A stretch of 64,000 bases of DNA from Candidatus Eiseniibacteriota bacterium (GTDB lineage: Bacteria; Eisenbacteria; RBG-16-71-46; CAZAMP01): NCBI GenBank assembly GCA_965224245.1, contig OZ245046.1, positions 1,600,001-1,664,000 on the forward strand. The letters run 5' to 3'. The notes below the pieces were generated by a model that searched no databases, was not told where the DNA came from, and worked only from the letters and a program-made list of their open reading frames with translations. A program made the translations under genes and the position numbers. Below are positions 1 to 9,380 of the stretch, one piece after another (the first letter of the stretch is position 1; every line of letters begins with the position of its first letter).

Positions 1-379
1 GCGCACGTGACGTCGGCAACGGTGTTGCGTTCGGCCCACGGTCTGGCATCATCGTTCTCCGGCAAAACGGGCGCCCGGATGCGGAACGCGCCGCCTCGCG
101 CGACGGGAGCCGGCGCGGCGCGATTGTGACAAACATCCTGCGCGCTCAGTCGATAAACGAGACGAGTTGCCGAGTCAAACCCGGCCCGCGGCCGCGCGCT
201 CGTTGCGGCGTTCGATCCCGAGCTCGGCGCGAGTTCGGCGTGGCGCTCGGTGAGCCGCATCGGTGGGCGCGCTCGCGCCGGCCCGAGTCGACGTGCCGCT
301 TGACTCGCGGCCACGGATTACGTACACGCGTTGACCCTCGACGAGCCGGGGGACGACCGCCACGACCAATGAGGACCTC

Positions 380-1147
380 ATGATCGCGCGACGTTTGCTT
401 CTGACCGTGCTGGGCGGGCTCGTTCTGGCCGCGACGGCCGAGGCCCAGCCCGCCGGTGACGACGGCGGCACGTTCGGCACCCGGCGCGGGTCGCTGACGA
501 TCCTCTCGCAGCCGCGTGGAGCCGTGTTCCGGCTCGAGGGCACGCAGATCGAGCTGACCGGACGGACCCCGTGGTCGATCGCGCGCGGCCTGGAGGGAAT
601 CTACACCCTCCGCGCCGAGAACTCCGGCTACGAGTCCTGGTCCCAGACGGTCTACCTGGATCCCACGAGCCAGGACACGCTCCGCATCCAGCTCACGCCG
701 AAGACCCGTTTCCGGGCGCTGGCGCGCTCGATCGTCGTTCCCGGCTGGGGACAGACGTACACCGATCAGCGCGGAAAGGGCGTTGCGTTCTTCCTGACGA
801 CGGCCGCGGCCGGGGTCACCGCGCTGGTCCTGGACGATCGGTACGACGACCAGGTGGACGATCTCGAGCTGGCCTTCGACGCCTACGAGGACGAGAACGA
901 GGCCGCGGTGAAGGCGGAGCTGTGGAAGGTCGTCCAGCGCGAGCTGAAGACCGCCGAAGACTACGATCGAGACCGCGACATCGCCGTCGCGATCACCGGT
1001 GCGCTGTACGCCGCCAACCTCCTGGACGCGTTCTTCCTGTTCCCCAAGCGGGGCACCAGCCTCTTCGCCGCGACGCCGGACGGTCGCGGTCTGTATGCCG
1101 CGATGTCGCCGCGCCAGACCAACGTGGGTCTGCGATGGACCTTCTGA
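380..1147 (+). CDS. Exported PEGA-domain + DUF5683-like protein
   Basis: Signal peptide (AEA|Q). PEGA-like segment GSLTILSQPRGA...GRTP...GYESW. DUF5683-like ARSIVVPGWGQTY followed by hydrophobic helices. GAGGA RBS upstream. Confidence 0.75.
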   Translation: MIARRLLLTVLGGLVLAATAEAQPAGDDGGTFGTRRGSLTILSQPRGAVFRLEGTQIELTGRTPWSIARGLEGIYTLRAENSGYESWSQTVYLDPTSQDTLRIQLTPKTRFRALARSIVVPGWGQTYTDQRGKGVAFFLTTAAAGVTALVLDDRYDDQVDDLELAFDAYEDENEAAVKAELWKVVQRELKTAEDYDRDRDIAVAITGALYAANLLDAFFLFPKRGTSLFAATPDGRGLYAAMSPRQTNVGLRWTF

Positions 1148-1161
1148 GAAAGGGACGTGTC

Positions 1162-3042
1162 ATGACCACCTCGACGATGAGCCGCGGCGGCCTCGGGCTG
1201 GCGCTGATCGCCCTTTCCGTGTCCGCGTTCACGTCCTGCGACAACACGCACGAGAACTTCGACCAGCTCGTGGGGAACGACCCCGGCGTCACCGGCCTGA
1301 CCCCGCCCGTCCCGCACGAGGTCCGCGTCGAGGTCGGCGATCTGGCGATCACGCTCACCTGGACCGTCGACGACGCCTCCGGCGTCGCGTCCTACGTCGT
1401 GTACCGCTCGGAAGGCGGGGGCCCCGAGGAGGAGATCGCCGACGGCATCGCGGACACGCGCTACGTGGACACGGGCGTCTCCAACGGCGTGACCTATGGC
1501 TACCGCGTGGCATCGGTGCTCACCAACGGTCTGATCGGGGATCGGTCCACGCGGGTGGCGGTCACCCCTGGCGTCTACGGCGTCGCGATCAACGGTGGCG
1601 CGGCGTACGCGAACTCGCGGAACGTCACGCTGAACCTGACGGCTCCAGCGGGCACGACGGGTCTGCGCGTCGGGGAGGACCCCGACCTCGGCGCCGAGCC
1701 GTGGCGCGCCTTCACGGTCACGACGGCGTTCCAGCTGGCCGCCGGCGACGGTGCCCGCACCGTGTACGCGCAGTTCCGCGACGCCGCGGGCAACGTCAGC
1801 ACGGTGTTCTCCGACGAGATCACGCTGGACACCATCGCCGAGATCCTGTCGGTCGATCACTCCGTGACCGACGGGATGGCCGACCCCGGCGAGGCCATCG
1901 ACTTCCGGCTGGAGACCCGCGAGACCGGGGGGCAGGCCACGATCAGCATCGGGACCGCGCGCACCGGCATCGCGCTCTTCGACGACGGGGCCCACGGGGA
2001 CGACGATCCCGACGACGGGGTGTACGCGACGCGGTTCGTGGTGCCGGTGGGGCTGGAGGCCGCGGACGCCGACGTCATCGGACGGTTCACCGATGCCGCC
2101 GGGAACCGTGCCGACGATGTCTCCGCACCGACCACGCTGACCATCAACGCGCCACCGGGTGCCGTCGTGCTCGCGTCGCCATTCAACGTGCGGGAGACCC
2201 GGCTGAACCTCAGCTGGACGCAGAGCCCGGCACGCGACTTCTCGCGCTACGCGGTCATCCGGGCCGAGGCGCCCGGGGCCGCGACCGACCCCGACCGCAT
2301 GGTCGTGGCCACGATCACCGACGTGGCCGAGACCACGTTCGAGGACTCGGGCCTCGAAGCGGATACGGCGTACTTCTACGTGGTCGAGGTCGTCGACGCG
2401 CTCGGCGCGGCCACGCCGAGCAACGAGGTCTCGGCTACCACCCGGGGCGCTCCGCCGGCGGTCACGCTGGTCTCGCCGACCGACATCACGGCCGCCGAGA
2501 TGACGCTGTCGTGGGCCCGGAGCGACGCGGCGGACTTCGCCGCCTACGTGCTCTACCGGTCCGAGGCGTCGAGCGTGGACGAGACCGACGATCGCGTGGC
2601 GCGCATCACCGACGTCGACGTCCTGACCGCCACGGCACGGGAGCTCCTGGACAACCAGCGGTACTACTTCCGCGTCTACGTGGAGGACGAGGGCGGCGCG
2701 ACCACCGGGAGCAACGTCGTGAACGGCACCACGGCCAACGCCCCGCCCGACCCCGTCGATCTGACCGACCAGAGCGCGACGTCGGTCAGCGTGAGCCTGG
2801 GCTGGACCCAGTCGGACGCGCACGACTTCGATCGGTACGACGTGCTCAAGGCCGGGGAGGCGTCACCAGGGACGTTCACGCTCCTGGGATCGCTCACCGA
2901 GCCCAACCAGCGCACCTACACCGACTTCTTCAGCGAGCCCGCGGACACGACGGTCTTCTTCTACAAGGTCACCACGTTCGATACCGCCGGCGGGTCGACC
3001 GACAGCAACGTGGTCACGGTCACCGTGGCGCCGAGTCCCTAG
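1162..3042 (+). CDS. Lipoprotein with multiple fibronectin type III repeats and a choice-of-anchor X-like acidic motif
   Basis: Start reassigned to ATG 1162 within ORF 571..3042. Lipobox-like AFTS-C. Repeated LSW...Y.V.R...Y.D.GL...Y.Y.V FN3 units. LFDDGAHGDDDPDDGVY motif. AINGGAAYANSRNVTL domain. Confidence 0.75.
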   Translation: MTTSTMSRGGLGLALIALSVSAFTSCDNTHENFDQLVGNDPGVTGLTPPVPHEVRVEVGDLAITLTWTVDDASGVASYVVYRSEGGGPEEEIADGIADTRYVDTGVSNGVTYGYRVASVLTNGLIGDRSTRVAVTPGVYGVAINGGAAYANSRNVTLNLTAPAGTTGLRVGEDPDLGAEPWRAFTVTTAFQLAAGDGARTVYAQFRDAAGNVSTVFSDEITLDTIAEILSVDHSVTDGMADPGEAIDFRLETRETGGQATISIGTARTGIALFDDGAHGDDDPDDGVYATRFVVPVGLEAADADVIGRFTDAAGNRADDVSAPTTLTINAPPGAVVLASPFNVRETRLNLSWTQSPARDFSRYAVIRAEAPGAATDPDRMVVATITDVAETTFEDSGLEADTAYFYVVEVVDALGAATPSNEVSATTRGAPPAVTLVSPTDITAAEMTLSWARSDAADFAAYVLYRSEASSVDETDDRVARITDVDVLTATARELLDNQRYYFRVYVEDEGGATTGSNVVNGTTANAPPDPVDLTDQSATSVSVSLGWTQSDAHDFDRYDVLKAGEASPGTFTLLGSLTEPNQRTYTDFFSEPADTTVFFYKVTTFDTAGGSTDSNVVTVTVAPSP

Positions 3043-3227
3043 TCGGCGCGCTCTCCCTCGGGAGGCCACCGGGCCTGCCGAGCGGGCCCCTGGCGGACTG
3101 TCGTCGCGCCGGTGGGGGCCGGCCTCGAGCCGGCCCGCGGGGCGCCGCATCCCTGGTGGCCGCGGACCAGGCCGGACACGCCACCAGGGGCTCCGAACCC
3201 CGCACGATGGTCGCTCCAAGCCACTGG

Positions 3228-3267
3228 TGATCAATGCCTTTACACGACCTGTCAGCTTATTTTACAC
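3228..3267 (+). promoter_or_regulatory. Tandem TGT-N11-ACA (…TTTACA) enhancer-like boxes upstream of the EPS/exosortase operon
   Basis: AT-rich island. TGTcagcttattttACA at 3250-3266 and imperfect TGAtcaatgcctttACA at 3228-3244. TTTACAC repeated 22 bp apart. Confidence 0.45.
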
Positions 3268-3473
3268 TCATCGTTTCCAGGCCACGGCCGACAACTAGAA
3301 CTGGTGGAGTAGGCTGGCGCCTCACCGTGCGCCCAGCCGGCGCCGCCCGAACCAGGAGTCGGACCGACGACGCGGCGGACGGGACCGCTACCGCCGGCGG
3401 GCGTCTTCGGGGTGGGTGGAACGAATGTGCCCAAGGTCCGACATCTCGGGTTCGCGACAAGGAGCCGTCTTCC

Positions 3474-6122
3474 ATGCCTCGCCACCTCAGGGGATCCATC
3501 TACGCCACGCTCGACGCAATACTCGTGGCCGGCGCGCTGTGGATCGCTCTCGCTCTTCGATTCGACGGCCAGATCCCCCCCGCGGTCGTCCGCCACTACA
3601 TCCTGGTCGCTCCGTGGGTCGCGCTGGTCTCCACGGCGGCGCTCAACGTCGCCGGGGTCCATCGGGTCATATGGCGCTATGCGGGGCTCCATGCGCTGGT
3701 CGACATCACGCGCGCGCTCTCCATCACGAGCCTCGCGCTGGGCATCGTGAATCTGCTGCCGACGCCGCAGCTGTTTCCGCGCTCGGTACCGTTCATCTTC
3801 TGGATGCTGCAGCTCCTGCTCGTGGGGGGCGTCCGTCTGGCGGGCCGGCTCTCCAGCCGGCGTCGCCCGCTCCCGGCCGAGCGCAGCGAGCGCCGGGGCC
3901 GAAAGCGCGTGCTGGTGTTCGGTGCCGGTGACGTCGGAGAAGCGCTCGTTCGGGACCTGATGCGGGGACGGCGCGAGGACTGGGAGCCCGTCGGGTTCGT
4001 CGACGACGATCCCGGCAAGCAGGGGCGCACGATCCATGGGCTCAGGGTCCGCGGTGCCACGATGGACATCCCGAAGCTCGCCCGGCAGCTCGAGGTGGAC
4101 GACGTCATCATCGCCGCTCCGTCGGCCCCCTCGACGCTCGTGTCGTCGATCTTCCGCTGCTGCCAGGAGCACGGGATCGGCTGCAAGACCGTCCCGTCAC
4201 TCTCGGACTACGTCGTCGGCAAGAGTCCGCTGTCGCAGGTGCGCGAGGTTCGCATCGAGGATCTCCTCGGCCGCGAGCCCGTCGAGATCGACATGGACGA
4301 GGTCGGACAGTTTCTGCGTGGGCGCTCGGTGCTGGTCACCGGCGCGGGCGGGAGCATCGGGTCCGAGCTCTGCCGGCAGATCGCGAGGTTCCAGCCGGGG
4401 CGTCTGGTGGCCCTCGATCACGACGAGAACAAGCTCCTGTACATGAGCCTCGAGCTCCGACGCGATCATCCGGAGCTGGATCTCGTGGTGGTGGTCGGCG
4501 ACGTCAAGGAACGAAACGGCATCCGGCACGCGTTCGGCGAGCACCGCCCGCAGGTGATCTTCCACGCCGCCGCGCACAAGCACGTGAACTTCATGGAAAG
4601 CAACCCGCGGGCGGCCATTCTGAACAACGTCCTCGGTACGCGCATCGTGGCCGAGGAGGCCGTCGACTTCGGCGTGAGGCACTTCGTCCTGATCTCCACC
4701 GACAAGGCCGTGAACCCCACGAACGTGATGGGGGCCTCGAAGCGGCTGTGCGAGAAGATCGTCAAGGCGCTCTCGGAGACGCAGGACGTCACGACGTTCA
4801 ACGCCGTTCGGTTCGGGAACGTGCTGGGCTCGGCGGGCAGCGTGATCCCGATCTTCCGCAAGCAGATCGCGGGCGGCGGACCGGTCACCATCACGCACCC
4901 CGAAGCCCGCCGCTACTTCATGACCATTCCCGAGGCGTCGCAGCTGGTGATCCAGGCCGGCGCGTTCGGGCAGAAGGGAACGGTGTTCGTCCTCGACATG
5001 GGAGAGCAGGTGCGGGTCCTCGACGTGGCGCGCCAGCTCATCCGCCTCTCGGGCTTCGCGCCCGATCGCGACGTGCCGATCACCTTCATCGGTCTGCGTC
5101 CGGGGGAGAAGCTCTACGAAGAGCTCCTGACCGACTCGGAGCGAACGACCGCCAGCGTGCACCGGAAGATCCTCATCTGGGAGTCCGACCCCGAGGACTG
5201 GTCCACGCTCGCGGCCACATGCGCCGAGCTGGTGACGATGGCCGATTCCGGGGCGGTCGACGCCGTGAAGGCCAAGCTGGCCGAGATCGTTCCCGAGTAT
5301 CGGATCGACGAGCCGGTGGTGGCGCTGACCGACACGGAGAGCACGATCGAGGCGGCCGTCCCGACGCGGCGCTTCGACGACCGCTACGCGTTGCCGCACG
5401 ACCTGCGGCCGCTTCGCGAATCCCCGGTGACCCACGTGGGACGCGCGGTCGCGCGCGTCCTGATCGCGGTCCCCGCGCTGGTCGGCGTGAGCGTCCTGTC
5501 GCTGGCGCACCTGATCGCCGCTCCCGGAGCGTCGGTGTTCGCGTCGTCCGACCGCATCGGACGGAATCGGCGTTCCGGACCGCGCCGCATGTTCTCCTCG
5601 ACCGTTCCGATCGATCGCCGCGGCCGTGATCGGCGCCTGCGCAACCTCTACGGGCGGCCGTTTCGGCGCGTGCAGTTCAACGTGACGCCGAGGCCGACGG
5701 CCGGTCGCGTCGAGCGCGGGTTCTACGCGTTCCTCGTCCGGCACCGCCTGCACACGCTTCCCAGCGTCATCCACGTTCTGAAGGGTGAGATGGCGCTGAT
5801 CGGTCCCCGGGCGTTGTCGCCCGCGGAGATCGAGGCGGAGCACGCGGTGGATGAGGTCCGGCGTCGCTTCGTCGTGCATCCGGGCGTGACCGGCCTGACG
5901 CACGTGCTCGCGGCCTCCGGTCGGCTGTCGCCGACTCGAGCCGTCGAGATCGACAAGTTCTATGTCTCGCATCGATCGCTCGGGCTGGATCTCAGGATCC
6001 TGACGCGGACCTTCGGTGTGGTGTTGGCTGGTAACCAGAGCGAACCTTTGCGGCTTCGCGATCGGCTCGGCGTCGGCACGCCGTCCCCGACGCGGCTCGA
6101 TGCGGTGGGAGATCAATCGTGA
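3474..6122 (+). CDS. capD: CapD/PglF-type membrane UDP-GlcNAc 4,6-dehydratase fused to a C-terminal degenerate phosphoglycosyltransferase (Bac_transf-like) domain
   Basis: N-terminal TM helices. VLVTGAGGSIGSELCRQ, FHAAAHKHV, STDKAVNPTNVMGASKR, VRFGNVLGS, GLRPGEKLYEEL. C-terminal VLKGEMALIGPR...PGVTGL...SLGLDLRIL. Start at ATG 3474 after AAGGAG. Confidence 0.9.
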   Translation: MPRHLRGSIYATLDAILVAGALWIALALRFDGQIPPAVVRHYILVAPWVALVSTAALNVAGVHRVIWRYAGLHALVDITRALSITSLALGIVNLLPTPQLFPRSVPFIFWMLQLLLVGGVRLAGRLSSRRRPLPAERSERRGRKRVLVFGAGDVGEALVRDLMRGRREDWEPVGFVDDDPGKQGRTIHGLRVRGATMDIPKLARQLEVDDVIIAAPSAPSTLVSSIFRCCQEHGIGCKTVPSLSDYVVGKSPLSQVREVRIEDLLGREPVEIDMDEVGQFLRGRSVLVTGAGGSIGSELCRQIARFQPGRLVALDHDENKLLYMSLELRRDHPELDLVVVVGDVKERNGIRHAFGEHRPQVIFHAAAHKHVNFMESNPRAAILNNVLGTRIVAEEAVDFGVRHFVLISTDKAVNPTNVMGASKRLCEKIVKALSETQDVTTFNAVRFGNVLGSAGSVIPIFRKQIAGGGPVTITHPEARRYFMTIPEASQLVIQAGAFGQKGTVFVLDMGEQVRVLDVARQLIRLSGFAPDRDVPITFIGLRPGEKLYEELLTDSERTTASVHRKILIWESDPEDWSTLAATCAELVTMADSGAVDAVKAKLAEIVPEYRIDEPVVALTDTESTIEAAVPTRRFDDRYALPHDLRPLRESPVTHVGRAVARVLIAVPALVGVSVLSLAHLIAAPGASVFASSDRIGRNRRSGPRRMFSSTVPIDRRGRDRRLRNLYGRPFRRVQFNVTPRPTAGRVERGFYAFLVRHRLHTLPSVIHVLKGEMALIGPRALSPAEIEAEHAVDEVRRRFVVHPGVTGLTHVLAASGRLSPTRAVEIDKFYVSHRSLGLDLRILTRTFGVVLAGNQSEPLRLRDRLGVGTPSPTRLDAVGDQS

Positions 6123-7102
6123 AAAAGCGTGCGTGGTGGATCTGGCTCCTCGTGAGCCTCGTTTGGGGGACGAGCGCGAGCGCGCAGTACGTGGTCGGCC
6201 CCGGTGACGTGCTCCAGGTGACCGTGTGGAAGGAGTCCTCACTGGATCGACAGGTTCGTGTGCGCGAGGACGGCTACTTCACGTTCCCGCCGGTCGGAGA
6301 CGTCGAGGCGGTCGGTCTGACCACCGAGAACCTGGCCAGCCGGCTGGAGGAGCAGCTGTTCACGTTCACGCGCTCGACGACGCGCGTCACGATCACCGTC
6401 GTGGAGTTCAACAGCAAGTACGTGATCCTGTCCGGGGCGGTGAACCAGCCCGGTCGCTACGCGTTCGAGATCATCCCGTCGCTCCCGCGCGTCATCGGTC
6501 TGGCCGGGGGCGCGACCCCGGGCGCCCGTCTCTCCGAGGTGAGCATCGTGCGCACGATCGGCGCGCGCGAGGAGGTGCTTCGCGTCAACCTGAGCCAGTT
6601 CCTGGAGAGCGGGAATCTGGAGCAGGTCCCCGAGCTGAAGCCCGGCGACGTGGTCAACGTCCCGGGATCGGTGGTCGGCGATCAGGCGCTGCAGCCCGGC
6701 GTGGCCGCGCCGGGACCGGGCACGATCTCCATTCTCGGCGCCGTGGGACGCCCGGGCACCTATCCGGTCGAGACGTCGTTCGCGCTTCCCGAGGTGCTGG
6801 GTCTCGCCGGGGGACTCCGTCCCGACGCCGACCTGCGCAAGATCAGCGTGCTCTCGCGCGAGCCGGACGGCTCGGAGTTCGTGGCCACGCTCGATCTCGA
6901 GGCCATCTTCTACGCCGGAGAGCCGGTCAGCTACCCGATCCGTCCCGGTGATGCGCTCTACATCCATGCGCGCGAGCCCAGCGTGCTCGGTCAGGTCGGG
7001 CGGGGCGTCCTCACCGCGATGTCGCTGTCGCGCGACATCCTGAACTTCGTACTGCTGTGGGACGTCCTGAAAGACGACAACTCCACGAACACGAGGAACT
7101 AG
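6119..7102 (+). CDS. wza: Polysaccharide export protein (Wza-like; Poly_export + SLBB domains)
   Basis: YVVGPGDVLQVTVW, VREDGYFTFPPVG, two GAV..PG.Y SLBB repeats, signal peptide. Confidence 0.88.
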   Translation: MKKRAWWIWLLVSLVWGTSASAQYVVGPGDVLQVTVWKESSLDRQVRVREDGYFTFPPVGDVEAVGLTTENLASRLEEQLFTFTRSTTRVTITVVEFNSKYVILSGAVNQPGRYAFEIIPSLPRVIGLAGGATPGARLSEVSIVRTIGAREEVLRVNLSQFLESGNLEQVPELKPGDVVNVPGSVVGDQALQPGVAAPGPGTISILGAVGRPGTYPVETSFALPEVLGLAGGLRPDADLRKISVLSREPDGSEFVATLDLEAIFYAGEPVSYPIRPGDALYIHAREPSVLGQVGRGVLTAMSLSRDILNFVLLWDVLKDDNSTNTRN

Positions 7103-7103
7103 C

Positions 7104-9380
7104 ATGTCGTTCTACGACCAGCGCAAGGTGGACCTTCGCGACTACCTGCGGATCGTCCTCAGGCGCGTCTGGCTGGTCATCATACCGATCGTCGTGGCCG
7201 TGTCGGCCGCGTTCGTGGCGACGATGCCGCGCTTCAAGAAGCCGGTCTACCGGGCCAGCGCGCGCCTCGAACTCGAGTTTCCGCAGCCGCTCTCGCGCGA
7301 GCTGCAGGGCATCGTCTCTCAGCCGGGGGCCCGCGAGCAGTTCGCGCGACTGACCAACCTGACCCAGAGCACGAGCTTCCTGGAGGACGTGATCCGGCAG
7401 ACGCGGCTGGCCGAGGATCCCGGAGCGCGCGAGTGGGCGCGCGAGCAACGGACGAAGTACCCGTCGCTCTCGGAGGAGGACCTGGTCGAGCTGTACCTGA
7501 TCCGCTATCTCAGGGACGCGATCTCGACGGGGTCGGGACGGCGTGACGACAACTCGTTCACGGTGACCGTGCTCGACTACTATCCCCGCCGTGCGCTCGA
7601 GCTGTGCAACGCCATCACCGACGGCGTGGTCAGCGCGTCGAAGAGCCAGCTGCTGGAGCAGATGAAGGCGACGCAGGACTTCGCCACCGAGCAGGTCGCC
7701 AACTACAAGCGCCAGCTCGAGGAGGCGGAGGCCGCCCTGCACGAGTACCAGAGCGGGGCCTATCTGGATGCGATCGAGGCCGGCCTGGTGAACGCCCGGA
7801 ATCACTCGCTGGCCGATCGCTTGCTGCGCAACGCCGGTGTTCAGGTGGACGAGGCGCGCGGGAAGCGGGACCGTCTGGCGTCCGAGGTCATCGATCTCGG
7901 AGAGGATGCCGAGCGGTGGCTCCGGCTCGCCCGGCCGTCCGACCTGGAGGCCGCCGTCCGGGAGCTCGCCGACCTCGTCACGTCGCTGACCCGGAGCGAG
8001 CTTCGGGATCTGGGGTCGGACGACATCGACGGGACCACGACCTCGCTCAGCGTCCAGCTGGCGAACAAGAACCGGGACGTGCGGGCGGCGTTTCAACGTC
8101 GCCTGGCCGGCGAGGGGCTGGCGCCCGACGCCGAGCGCCTCGTTCTCGATCTGATCATGGCCGACCTGGATCTCGAGAACGCACAGCAGCGGCGGAGCTT
8201 CATCGACCGCGAGATCCAGGACTATCGGCAGCGCGCGGCCCAGATCCCGTTGCTGGAGGCGAAGGCCCGACAGAAACAGCAAGAGGTCGACACGATTCGC
8301 GCGATGTTCGACACGTTCGTGCGCCAGGTCTACACGACGACCGTCTCGGTCGCGTTCGAGATGCAGAAGAGCGGCGGCAACCTTCAGGTCGCCGAGCCGG
8401 CCCAGCTGCCGCTGGATCCGGTGAACTCGAACCGACTGATCATGCTGATCGTCGCCGGCGTCGGTGGGCTCTGCATGGGCATCCTGCTCGTCTTCCTGGT
8501 CGAGCACCACGACACGACGGTTCGCGACGTGAGCGAGCTCCCCGAGCCGTTGCGCGAGCACATCATCGGAAGCATGCCGCTGATCAAGGATCGGCTGCGC
8601 AAGGAGCGCGAGTACAAGAAGGCGGGGCTCAAGGAGCGCGTCGTCCCGGTCTTCGACTACTACCGCGACGAGGCCGCCTCGTCCTTCGAGTTCCGCCGCC
8701 TGGTGCTGGAGCTGGCGGGATCCGAAGGGGTCGTGCCGAAGACGATCATGGTCACCAGCTCCGAGCGAGGCGAGGGGAAGACGACGACGACGTCGCTCCT
8801 GGCCCTCACGCTGGCCCGGCATCGCCGGCTGCGCACGGTGGTGGTGGACCTGGACTTCCGCCGGCCGACGCTGCACCGGCAGCTCGCGCTGGCGCAGCAT
8901 CAGCCGGGCTGTGCGGAGGCGCTGTCCGAACGCTCGCTGCCGTCGGAGTGGATCCTGGCCACCGCGGAGGGCAACCTGCACCTCCTGCCCGCGGGCAGCT
9001 TCAAGCGGATCTCCGCCGAGACGCTCACACCGGAGTCGGTGGGGTGGCTCGTCGACGAGCTGAAGGCGCGCTTCGACGTGGTCCTACTGGACACGCCGCC
9101 GAACCTGGCGGTCCCCGACCCGCTGGTGGTGGGCAAGGTGACCGACGCCGTCATCTTCGTGGTCAAGGCGGGGGCGACGTCCCAGCGCGTGGTCACGCGT
9201 GGCTTCGATCTCCAGCGTCGCGCCAACGACAACGTGGTGGGCGTGTTCCTGAACAACATCCGGAACATCATGCCGTACTACTACAGCTACGACTACTACG
9301 GCTACACGGCGGAGGACGACACACCCCAGGTGACCGGAGACGGACCGAAGGCCGTGCCGACGGGAACCAACGCGACATGA
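7104..9380 (+). CDS. wzc: Polysaccharide co-polymerase / tyrosine autokinase (Wzc-like)
   Basis: VDLRDYLRIV Wzz N-terminus, coiled coil, second TM, Walker A SSERGEGKTT, VDLDFRRP, LDTPP, C-terminal Tyr cluster YYYSYDYYGY. Confidence 0.9.
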   Translation: MSFYDQRKVDLRDYLRIVLRRVWLVIIPIVVAVSAAFVATMPRFKKPVYRASARLELEFPQPLSRELQGIVSQPGAREQFARLTNLTQSTSFLEDVIRQTRLAEDPGAREWAREQRTKYPSLSEEDLVELYLIRYLRDAISTGSGRRDDNSFTVTVLDYYPRRALELCNAITDGVVSASKSQLLEQMKATQDFATEQVANYKRQLEEAEAALHEYQSGAYLDAIEAGLVNARNHSLADRLLRNAGVQVDEARGKRDRLASEVIDLGEDAERWLRLARPSDLEAAVRELADLVTSLTRSELRDLGSDDIDGTTTSLSVQLANKNRDVRAAFQRRLAGEGLAPDAERLVLDLIMADLDLENAQQRRSFIDREIQDYRQRAAQIPLLEAKARQKQQEVDTIRAMFDTFVRQVYTTTVSVAFEMQKSGGNLQVAEPAQLPLDPVNSNRLIMLIVAGVGGLCMGILLVFLVEHHDTTVRDVSELPEPLREHIIGSMPLIKDRLRKEREYKKAGLKERVVPVFDYYRDEAASSFEFRRLVLELAGSEGVVPKTIMVTSSERGEGKTTTTSLLALTLARHRRLRTVVVDLDFRRPTLHRQLALAQHQPGCAEALSERSLPSEWILATAEGNLHLLPAGSFKRISAETLTPESVGWLVDELKARFDVVLLDTPPNLAVPDPLVVGKVTDAVIFVVKAGATSQRVVTRGFDLQRRANDNVVGVFLNNIRNIMPYYYSYDYYGYTAEDDTPQVTGDGPKAVPTGTNAT

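Noticed and set aside
125-328. CRP-like TGTGA half-site (125) and TTGACT-17-TACACG promoter (300-328)
   Set aside because: The second half-site is poor and the -10 lacks the final T; too weak to call.
3151-3189. Inverted repeat CCCTGGTGGC/GCCACCAGGG
   Set aside because: 19-nt loop, no U-tract and a single copy; possible pause or terminator but not supportable.
3315-3430. Sigma54 promoter for the EPS operon
   Set aside because: Both candidates have GG-GC spacing off by one (11 and 9 nt instead of 10).
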